Program-made: the position numbers and the translations under genes
IMG/VR virus record: IMGVR_UViG_3300021963_000138
Coordinates: 1-61,432 of that record
Length of the DNA: 61,432 nucleotides
Strand: one strand, 5' to 3'
DNA from: a virus
Lineage: Duplodnaviria; Caudoviricetes
The notes under the pieces: model-generated
What the model was told of the DNA's origin: nothing
The model's input: only the letters and a program-made list of their open reading frames with translations
Databases searched by the model: none
In this document: piece after piece, positions 28,004-40,000 of the stretch
Numbering within the stretch: position 1 is the stretch's first letter
Layout of the letters: every line of letters starts with the position of its first letter

Positions 28004-31000
28004 ATGGCAGATAAATTTTTTCCAGATAGTCAACTTCCTATAAGAAAGACAATAGATCTTTTGCCTCAGATTTTTCAAACTGAAGCAAATTCAAAATTTC
28101 TTGCAGGAGCACTAGACCCGTTAGTTCAACCGGGCGTCTTAGAAAAAAAAGTAGGATATCTAGGTAGAAGATATGGTAAAACCTACAAATCTAGTGAAGT
28201 TTACCTAGACACTGATCAAACTTTACGCAGTAGGTATCAATTAGAACCCGGTGTTGTTGTAGAAAAAGATGGCAAGATTGAACAGTTTTACGATTATCTC
28301 GACTTTAAAAATCAATTAAAGTTTTTTAATAACACTGAAGAGCGAGACGATCTAATCACAGCTCAAGAACACTATACATGGGCTCCTCCCATCGATTGGG
28401 ACAAATTTGTAAACTACAGAGAATATTATTGGGTACCAGACGGTCCACCGCCTATTAAGATTCTAGGCCAGGCACAAAATATTATCAGCACCTATCGAGT
28501 TGGACTCGGCGCCGGCAGTGTTTATATTTTTACCCCAGACGGACTAACAAATAATCCTACATTAACCTTGTATCGTGGACAAACATACAAGTTTCAGGTC
28601 AATGTTCCGGGAAATCCTTTATTGTTTAGAACTACTATTGACACTGGAACGTTATTATATAATCCTGATTTTCAATATTCTATCGGACAACTTGTGGTAT
28701 TCGACGGAAAGTTGTGGAAGGCAAAAACCAATATAACTACCGGAGACGGAAGCACCATTGACGAAAATACAGACGATTGGGAATTTGTTGATTTCACAGC
28801 AGCCTCGTCGTCTGCATTAAATTATACAAAAGGTTTAACCAATGCAGGAATTGAAAACGGAACAATCACTTTTGAAGTTCCCTTAAATGCTCCAGATGTA
28901 TTGTATTATCAAAGTTTTACAGATCCAAATAGATTTGGTAGAATTATTATTACCAATGTAGAAGAAAATACAAAAATTGATGTTGAAAAAGAAATAATTA
29001 GTAAGACAACCTATACCAGCAGCAACGGAATAACATTAAGCAATGGTATGATTGTTTATTTTGGTGGAAATGTTTTCCCAGAAAAATATTCAGGCAAAAT
29101 TAACAATAACAAATGGGTAGTAGAAGGAGTAGGAGAACGAATTACCTTGACCAATATGGCCAGTTTAATAGTGTCGACTACCTTTTCAGATACTGCCCCC
29201 GAGATATTATTTGACAATGGCGGATTTGATACCCAACCATTTGACGATGCTAGTGCATATCCTGGAAAGAAAGATTACATTACTATTAATCGATCTAGTC
29301 TAGATGCTAATCCCTGGAGCCGATATAATCGCTGGTTCCATCGTGCAGTATTAGACTATGCCCACACTCTAAATAATTCTAATTTTGATGCATCAGAAAC
29401 ATCTCGAGCAAAAAGACCAATCATTGAGTTTAAATCAAATATACAATTGTTTAATCATGGCGCAGTTGCTAAAGATGCTGTTGACTATGTTGATGATTTT
29501 ACAACTGATGCATTTTCAGTTATTGAAGGTAGTACCGGTTATATTGTTGACGGTGAATATCTATTCAACGGAGCAAGACTTTTAATAACCAACGATACTG
29601 ATGCATTAGCCAACAATCAAATTTATATTGTAAATTTTATTACTCATAATAATATTAAACAGATCAGCTTAACTCGCGAATCTACTGTTGATACACAAGC
29701 CGGCGATGGAGTATTAATACGCCGAGGAGTAAAGAATAAAGGAGTTATGTATCACTTTAATGGAGTCGATTGGGTTAAGAGTCAACTAAAGACTTCAGTA
29801 AACCAAACACCACTATTTGATTTATTTGATAACAACGAAGTCAGCTTTGGTGATGTTGAAACATATCCCGTTAGTTCTTTTATAGGAACCCCAATTCTAA
29901 GTTATAAAATTGGGTCTGGCCCAACCGACACCGAGTTGGGATTTAGTGTTAGTTATCTTAATATAGATAACGTAGGCGATATACAATTTAACTTTAATCT
30001 TGACACAGACTCGTTTAATTATAAACTTGATAATGCCAACTACTCTAAAGAAATTGCAACGGGCTATTTAAAGTTTAACAATGACGACACTTTCACCAAT
30101 GCATGGAACACGCTAGATTCTAATTATGTCCAGCCAATAATTGACAGTGTAGATATTGTAGAACCTACAAACGAAATTACTACAACTATGGTTGATTGGA
30201 AGCTGTTAGCCGATAGTGATATTCGTAAAATATTAGTTTATCTAAATGGTGTACACGTTCGGTCAGGTTTTACTAGAACAGAAGGTACGTTTGTATTTGA
30301 TAAACAATTTGCAGTAGGGGACACGGTAGCAATCAAACTATTTGCTAATATTGATCCTGACACCGGCTATTATGAAATTCCGTTGGGATTAGAAAAAAAT
30401 CCTCTAAACGAAAAAATAAAAACATTTACGTTAGGTCAAGCTGCTGACCACATATCTACAGGATTAGAACTGTCTGAAGACTTTAGTGGAATATTTCCGG
30501 GATTAAACAACCTACGAGACATCAGTGGATATCAAACATTAACAAGAAGATTTTTAAAACATTCTAGTCCGTCTCCGTTGTCTATTGCATTATTGTGTAA
30601 TAAAGAAAATAATATTATAAAATCTATTCAGTATGCAAAAAAATCATACACTGATTTTAAAAATAGTTTTATTGCACTAGCATATGAAATATTTTACAAT
30701 CAAACTGCTAATGATTTTGTAGATTCTATTCTAGAAGAAATTAGTAGAACGCAAGATGCAAGTAGACCGTTTGCCGGATCTGATATGATTGGCAGTGGTG
30801 CATATACCGGCATAACTTATACAGTTGAAGATGTAGGAATTAAAACATTTGCTCTGTCAGAAAAGTTTGATTTGCAAACTCTAAGTTCTAGGGCAGTTTA
30901 TGTGTACTTTAATAATCAGCAATTATTAGTAAATCGAGATTACGAATTTAATTCTACATTTGGATTTGTTAATTTAATGATTGACCTAGTAGAAGGAGAT

Positions 31001-34000
31001 GTGATTCAAATTAGAGAATACGCATCGACTGCTATTAACTTTATACCACCTACTCCGACTAAGTTAGGTTTGTACAAAAAATATACTCCTAGAAAGTTCC
31101 TCGACGACACATATGTTGAACCAAAAGAAGTAATTCAAGGGCACGACGGAAGTATAACAATTGCCTATGGTGATTTTAGAGATGATGTTTTATTAGAATT
31201 AGAAACTCGAATTTACAATAATATTAAACAAGAGTATAACGAGTCTGTATTTGACATAGACAGGGTTCTTGGTGGATATTACGGCAACTCGCTCTATGGA
31301 AAACCAGCACTAGACAAGATTATTTCTTCAGAATTTCTAAAATGGATTTCTGGAACAAATATTGATTATGTAAACAACGTATTTTTTGACAGCGAAAATA
31401 GTTTTACCTATACCTATTCTAATATGGTTGATCCCACAGGAACGCAAAACCTGCCAGGATATTGGAGAGAAGTATATAGATGGTTCTACGACACTGATCG
31501 TCCTCACACACATCCTTGGGAAATGTTAGGCTTTAGTGAAATGCCTGTATGGTGGGAAGGTGAATATGGACCTTCTCCGTACACAAGCAATAACTTAATT
31601 CTTTGGGAAGATCTCAGAGACGGTATTATTCGTCAAGGAGAAAGAGCAGGAACTAGAGATAGATATAAGCGTCCGTCAATCATGAGTCATATTCCTGTAG
31701 ATGGAGATGGTAAATTATTAAGCCCGTTAGGTTCAGGACTAGCAGGAAATTTCTCTTTGATTAATAATCAAGGAGCATTTAAAATAGGTGATAATGCTCC
31801 AGTTGAAGCAGCTTGGAGAAAGAGTTCAGAATGGCCGTTTGCAATAATTTCTGCTCTAGCATTGTTAAAACCGTTTGAATTTATTACCGATAATTTTAAT
31901 AAATCTTTTATAGCGACCAACAAGCTAGGTCAGACAATAAATTTAAAAACTAATTTATTTTCTACGCTGAGTGATTTTGTCTATGAGAATACTGTAAATG
32001 CCCCAGTATCTGGATTAGTAGTTTACATTACAAATTATTTAAAGAGTACTACTGCTTCGACGTCTAAATTAGAAGATGTTGTTTCAAATATAAATGTAAA
32101 ACTATCTAATAGAATTTCTGGATTTGTTGATCAACAACAACAAAAATATATTTTAGATAGCAAAAATCCTAAGTCTACATCTAGTAGTGTTTTTGTACCA
32201 CCAGAGAACTATGACATTATTTTTAATGTCAGTGCTCCAATTTTTAATTTAGCCTACAGTGGAGTTATCTTAGAAAAAGTTAATGCTGGTTGGAAAATTT
32301 CTGGATACGATAATTCGACTCCTTTGTTTTATTATTACCAGCCAACTGATTCTCAGTCAGATCCTCTAATTTCAGTAGGCGGCCTAAGTGAAAATTTCTT
32401 AGATTGGACTGAAAACACATTCTATGGCAACGGCGTAATTTGCAGATTTAAAGATAAATTTTATAGATGTCTTAGCAGTCATACAAGCTCAACTGAATTT
32501 TCAGAAGGCACAAACGGGTTAAGTATATGGAAACAGCTACCGTCGTTGCCGCTGACCGGCGCGGTCGAAGCATTTAGAAGAAGAAATTTCAACAAGCTAA
32601 GACTTAGAACTCTATCGTATGGCTCTATATTAAACAGCATACAGCAGGTAGTTGACTTCTTGCTAGGCTATCAAGAATATCTTAAATCTGTTGGATTTAT
32701 ATTTGACGGATATGATACAGCGTCTTCGACATCATTTGATTGGTATACTTCAGCTAAAGAATTTATGTTCTGGTCCAAGCATAACTGGGCCGAAAATTCT
32801 TTACTTACACTTAGCCCTTCTGCAACCTACATAAAAATTAAATTTGCAATAGGTGTTGCTGATAGTATTCTAGACAGCTTTTACGACTATCAAGTTTTGA
32901 AAAACGACGGAAATCCGCTACAGCCAAGATTTATCAATGTGAATAGAGATTTTCAAGAAATCACAGTGTCTACCGCAAACACCACCGACGGTATATATTT
33001 TTTAAGAATGCACTTTGTTCTTAAAGAGCATGTGGTTGTATTCGATGACAAAACAGTTTTTAACGATGTTATCTATGACAAACCAACAGGTTATCGTCAA
33101 GAACGTATCAAAGCTAGAGGATTCCGTACAGTCGACTGGGACGGCGATTATACCAGCCCCGGTTTCTTGTTTGATAATGTAAACATAGCGGTATGGCAAC
33201 CGTTTACTGATTATAAATTAGGAGACATTGTATCCTATAAGTCTTATAATTGGACAAGCAAATACAATCAATTAGGTTCTGTAGAATTTCAAGATGCGGC
33301 ATGGTCAAAACTAGACTCTACTCCTAGCAAGTCGTTAATTCCTAACTTTGATTATAAAATAAATCAGTTTAGTGATTACTACGAAGTAAACACAGACGGC
33401 GTAGGATCTAGTCAACGAGACCTTGCAAGACATGCAATCGGATACCAACAAAGAGAATACCTACAAAATATTGCAGAAGATGAAATTAGTCAGTTTAGAA
33501 TATATCAAGGTTTTATTAGAGAAAAGGGCACAGCAAATGCCATTGTAAAAGTATTTGATAAATTAAGCAGAACACAGGACGACAGTGTTGTTCTTAAAGA
33601 AGAATGGGCTTTTAAAATTGGAGAGTTTGGCGGAACAACTCAAATAGACGAATTTGAATTTGAAATCAAAAAAGATGATCTTGTAATAAATCCTCAACCG
33701 ATATTGTTAACATACAGTACAAATTCGTCAGTGGTCTTGGATCAATACCTAAGAATTAATTCTTCAAAATTTACAACTGCACCTACTCCTTTTACTACAG
33801 ATTTAAATCGCACATCATATTATGACGGCGCTAGTAGATCTGCAGGCTATGTTAACACAAATCATGTTGATTTTATTGTAAAGACTCTAGATGATATTGT
33901 AAATTTAAACATTGCAGATGTTTATGAAAATGCTCACATATGGATAACTTTTTATAATAATGAATGGACAGTATTGCGATATAATCAAGAAGTTGCACTA

Positions 34001-37000
34001 CGAGTAGAGTCTTTGGTAAAAACAGAGTCCAATGTAGAAATAACTCTAAACCAAATACATAATTTTTCAGTTGGTGATGTTGTCGGGTTAAAGTATATTG
34101 ATAATCTTACCGGATTCTTTAAAATTACCGCAACTACAAATAAAACAATTACAGTTATTACCACAAGCACTAATGAACCTGAGATTGTAGATAGTACATC
34201 GGCAACTGTTGGAATTTTTACAATTGCAAGAAAATCGACCTATCAGGAATTAGATAATCAACAAGCTGCATTATTAAATCTTTCATCAAAGTTATGGATA
34301 GATAACAACGGTAGCGACCACTGGGAAGTTATCGAAAAAACTAAGCAGTATGTTACCTATGAGTTAAGTGAGTACGGAATTACTACACCTATAGGAACAG
34401 GCACATCAGTAGTATACATTGACAACCTAAAACAAATTGCAACAGGTATTCCAGGGTCTGGGTATGTAATGATTTATACAACCAAGACTTCCGGTGAAGT
34501 CATTGGTCTAAAGCAAATTGTGCCACCACCGGATGGATTTGAAACTGCGGTTGCTGGTTCGTTCGGCAAAGTCTTGGCAGTTAGTCCAGATTACAAGTGG
34601 CTAGCTGTGGGATCTCCTAATGCCAGCGGTGTAAAGAGCGCATACCAGGGTGAGTTAAATCCGTCTAGGAGTTATCTTGCAGGTGAGATAACACTTTACC
34701 AAGGAAAATTATGGGAAGCAATTGATAACATAGACGTAGGCGACGGTAGCTCTATTAACTTTAACAGTCAAGATTGGAAGCCTGCAACAATAGTTGACGC
34801 TAATCCTGCTGCTAGGGGTGATGGATTTACTGATCAGGGTATGATTTCTCTGTACAAATATAGTCAAGGTCAGTGGGAAATTGCCTACAGTTTTGTAAGT
34901 CCTAGACAGGCCGCCTATGAAGAATTTGGTTCAGCAATCACAATTGGTGTTTCTGGTACAACTTATTATATGGCAGTATCGGCTCCAGGGTCATTATGCG
35001 ATCCTAGCATCGGAGCAAGTACTGGCAAAGGAAGAATTTATCTTTATCAGTTCAACGGAACGACTTGGAGCCATTTAGAAAACACAAAATATCTAGGCCT
35101 ATATCAACCATCTCCTTTGGCAGTATATCCTGCTGGATCAATAGTATGGTCTAATGGTAGTTTATGGGAAGCATTATACGATAATACTGGAGACGGTAGT
35201 TCTCTATCTTTAGAATCAAATGATTGGAAAAAATTAGATCCTATTTCAACTCAATGTTCGCTACCAACAAACATTGCTATAGACGATGACGGCTCTACTC
35301 TAGCAGAGGGATTATTAAGTCCTACTCAGTTAGCTGAGTTGGTTAAAGATGGAGATCAATTTGGTTTCTCTCTTACTATGAGCCGCGATGGGCGACTACT
35401 AGTTGTCGGAGCTCCAAATAGTGATGGTCAATACTTTGCCAACTATCGGGGAGATTGGCATGCTTACCAAGAGTACACAGAAGGCGACGTTGTAAAATAT
35501 CAAAACGGCTATCATAGATTGACCGACGCAACAACATCAACTATTACCAGTCTTGGTCAATATCCAGATGAAGGACTACCTTGGTTAAATGTAGGAGATA
35601 GTGCATCTCCGTCTACAGGCAAAATTTATATCTATGAAAGAGATGCAAACAATCTATATAGTTTGATACAGACTATTACAGCTGACTCGTTATCTGATAT
35701 TAATGATACTGCAAATTCTGGAATTATTGGGTCAGGTGATCAGTTTGGATTTGCTATCGACATTGATGCCTCTGGCACAACTATTGTAGCTAGCAGCCCA
35801 TTGGCAGATATTAACAAACAAAATCAAGGAGCAGCATATGTTTTCAAATACGATGCTGATTCGACCGGTCCGCAATTTAGATTAAAACAAAAATTGCAAA
35901 GTTATGAATACTTTACCAACGAATATTTTGGATCTAGCATATCTATCAGTGCTTCTACAGAACGAATTGTTGTAGGTGCAAAAAATGCAGGATATTCAAT
36001 CTTGGCATTTTTTAATGACGGCACAACATTTGATAGAAGAAGAACTTCTTTTTCTTCTTCTAGAGGATTTCCGGGACAGGTCTACGTATATGAGAGAAAA
36101 GATCAAGGTTATTTCCTAGTTGAGAAACTAGAAGCCGATCTGGTATCCGGCGAATCGTTCGGCTATTCTATTGATTGTACAAGCTCTGTTGTTGTTGTAG
36201 GCTCTCCTACATATCAAGTGGAAGGTGTAGCAGTTGGTATGGTTAGACTGTTTAAAAAATCATCAGAAACAAATAGTTTTAACATAATTTCTCAAGAAAT
36301 ACCGTTGGTAGACGTTGAGTTGTTGCAAAATATTGAACTGTATGACAATGTTAATAATAGAAAAATTGCAGACTTAGATGTAGTTGATGGGTTTAAATTA
36401 AAAATATTAGGAGTTGCTGAACAAGAAATTTCTTTTAAAACAGTATATGATCCTGCAATATATATGATTGGAACAGATGACCAAGTTGTTGACGAATCAC
36501 AACCTTGGTTTGAAAAAAATGTTGGAAAAATTTGGTGGGATCTAAGCACCGTTAAATTTATAAATTATGAGCAGGATGATTTTGCCTATCGAATAGGAAA
36601 TTGGAATAGACAAGCAGAAGGCTCATCGATTGACATTTACGAATGGGTAGAGTCTGTGCTACTGCCGTCGGAGTGGAGCCTACTTGCCGATACAGTAGAA
36701 GGATTGGCCGAAGGAATTTCTGGCCAACCTAAATTTGCCGACAATACTGTATACAATACCAAGATTTTATATAATCCAAATACTGGTCTTGAAACTGGTA
36801 CTTTATACTACTATTGGGTTTCGTCGAAGACTATATTGCCAACAAATAATTCAATTAGACGAATTTCGGCAGCAGCGATCGAAGGCTTTATCGATAATCC
36901 AATTGGGTCTGGAATTCCGTTTATAGGAATACTAGGGACAGACAAATTTTTAGCTTATAATTTAACAGCAATTATTGGCACAGATACAGCACTAGTAAAT

Positions 37001-40000
37001 GTTGAATACACTAAAAATAAAAAACAATTAACACCGATTCATAGAGAGTATCAATTATTGACTAGCGGAGTTGCTGACAGTCTTCCTTCTGAATACTTAG
37101 AAAAGAAATGGATTGACAGTTTAGTAGGATCGGACGAAGCTGGAAATGCAGTTCCTGATCCTAAATTGCCAGTTAAGAAACAACAAGGACTAAGTTTTAG
37201 GCCTCGACAAAGCATGTTTGTTAATAGAGATAAGGCATTAAAGATTGCAATTGACAATATTAATTCTGTACTAATAACTAGACCGTTTGCTGACACGATT
37301 GATTTTAGTAATCTTAACAGACTTGACCCAATTCCAAACGAGGTGTTAAATCAGTACGATTTATCTGTAGACACTCTTATTGATCTAGATCAAGTAGGTA
37401 CAGTAAAAGTTCGTCAAGCAGAATTTACCGCAAATATAATTAACGGCGAAATAGATACAATCGATATCAAAGATGCCGGATTCGGATATAGAACAGTTCC
37501 TTATATAGAGATACAAGGCGACGGGTTTGGAGCTAAAGCAACAATTACCCTAAATGCACAAGGTAAAGTAAACTCTATAAATTTAATTTCTAAAGGTAGA
37601 AAATATACAACAGCTACTATAAAAATAAGACCGTTCTCTGTACTAGTAAGAAGTGATTCTACATTGTTCGGATTCTGGAGTGTATATGCATGGGATCAGC
37701 AACGTAGAATTTTTTACCGCAGTAAATCTCAGGGATATGATACAACAATCTATTGGCAATTTGTAGATTGGTGGCATTCTGATTATTCTATTAATTCTAA
37801 GATTATTAAAGAAATTAATAATATCTATCAAGAACCTACTCTAGAACTTTCTGTGGGCGATCTAATTAGAGTCAAGGAATACGGTAATGGCGGTTGGGTA
37901 GTATTAGAAAAAACTGCCCAAGGTGCCGGCGATTTATTAGACAACTATAATTTAGTCGGTCGTCAAAACGGTACAATGCAGATTAAAGACACTCTTTACA
38001 ATCGATTAATCAACAGCTTAGGCTATGATAATGTGGGATCGTATGATGCAGCATTGTATGATCTGCAACCGACTAAAGAATTAAGAATAATTCTACAGGC
38101 AGCAAAAGAAAATATCTTTGTCGACGATCTAAGAGTTGAGTGGAATAACTTATTCTTCTCCTCAATAAAGTATGCGTTTTCAGAACAGCCTTATGTTGAT
38201 TGGGCATTTAAAACCAGCTTCTTAAATGCAATTCATAATGTAGGCGACCTAGAACAAAAAGCCAATTATAAAAATGATAACTTAGAAAGTTTCCAAAGTT
38301 ATATCGAAGAGGTCAAGCCCTACAGAACCAGTATTAGAGAATATACCAGCAGGTATACTAAAACAGATTCTTCTAATTCAGCGGTATCAGATTTTGATCT
38401 GCCCCCTGCATATTCTGTTAGAGATGGTGCTATATTACCAGTAAATCAATACTATAATAGATTTGATGAATATCCTTGGAAGTCGTGGTTTGATAACAAC
38501 GGCTATTCTATAGTAGCGATTAAAATTGCAGATGCAGGCGCAGACTATCGCACACCCCCAGCGGTGTTGATTACAGGTAATGGTACTGGTGCTACGGCCC
38601 AAGCATTTATATCTAATGGTCGAGTATCCGGTATCAAAGTTATTACTTCAGGCAGCGGGTACACACAAACTCCAACAGTTTCATTAGTTGGCGGAAACGG
38701 AGCTTCAGTTAACGTTGCTCGAGCAGTTCCCATTCTTGGCGAAACAAAAGTTAGATCTTTTGATTTAACAATAAAGTTTGACAGAACAAACAAGATTGGA
38801 ACCTACGAAAATTTTGAATATTCTCAAACTTTTGTTGCCACAGGATTTAGCGCAGTATTTGACCTAAATTACGCTCCGTCTAGAGACAAGGGAAAAATTA
38901 CAGTAATTAAAAATGATCAACTAGTAATTTCGAGCGAATACGAAATTAGCTTGTATATTTCTACTGTGGATAGTTATGACTTATTAAAAGGTAAATTAAA
39001 ATTCTTTGCTAATCCAAACTTAGGTGATGTGATTGTAATTAATTATGAAAAAAATGTTGAATTATTCAATAGCATAGATAGAATACAAAAATCCTACCAA
39101 CCCGTTTCGGGGATGAAAGGCAATAATTTGAACCAGTTAATGACAGGCATTGACTTTGGTGGAGTACAAGTACAAGGTACAACCTTTGATGTAACAGGCG
39201 GATGGGATGCACTTCCGTGGTTTACAGACAGCTGGGATAGTGTAGAATCTAGTAATGATTTTTATTATGTAGCTGACGGCAGTACAACTTTTGTTGTTCT
39301 ACCATATACTCCAGAAAACAATCAGCCAATTTCAGTGTATATTAAACGTCTAGGCGACCAACGTCCAATTAGGATCGACGACCCCAATTATACACCAAGT
39401 TGGGATTCCAGTGTAGCAACTAATCCTCATGCAGAAATGCCAACTTTTATCGGCGATGGATCTACAAACATAATCGAAATACATAGATATTTGAGTACTA
39501 ATTCAGGCGATACACTAATCTTTAGAAAATTAGACAGTGATGGATCTGTAGTAATCAGCGATGTAAACCTATTAGACACACGAATTAGTGGAGGATCATT
39601 ATCAAACATCGGTGGAGCATATGTAACTGCTGCTGGCTTAACTCCTGAAGAAATTGTAATCGACGGAGAAAAATTTGTAAGCCCCGATCAAGTTCCGGCC
39701 CCAGAAGAAAATATTCCTGGTCAAGTATTGGATAGTCTAAGCATCAAAGTATTCAACAAAACCAATCCAGGCGCAACGCCGATACAAAATACAGTTGTTA
39801 TTGGTGATGGTGTTAAGACTAGATTTGACATTGGTCTAACTATTTTCGAAGCATCGTCGGTAATGGTATATGTTAACAAGATAAAACAAGAATACATTGG
39901 TGATAGTACTATTAACTACGTTATAGATTTTGTTGAAAATAAAATTGAATTTAATGATGCACCTGCAGCAGGAGATGTAGTTGAAATTATTGCAATCGGC

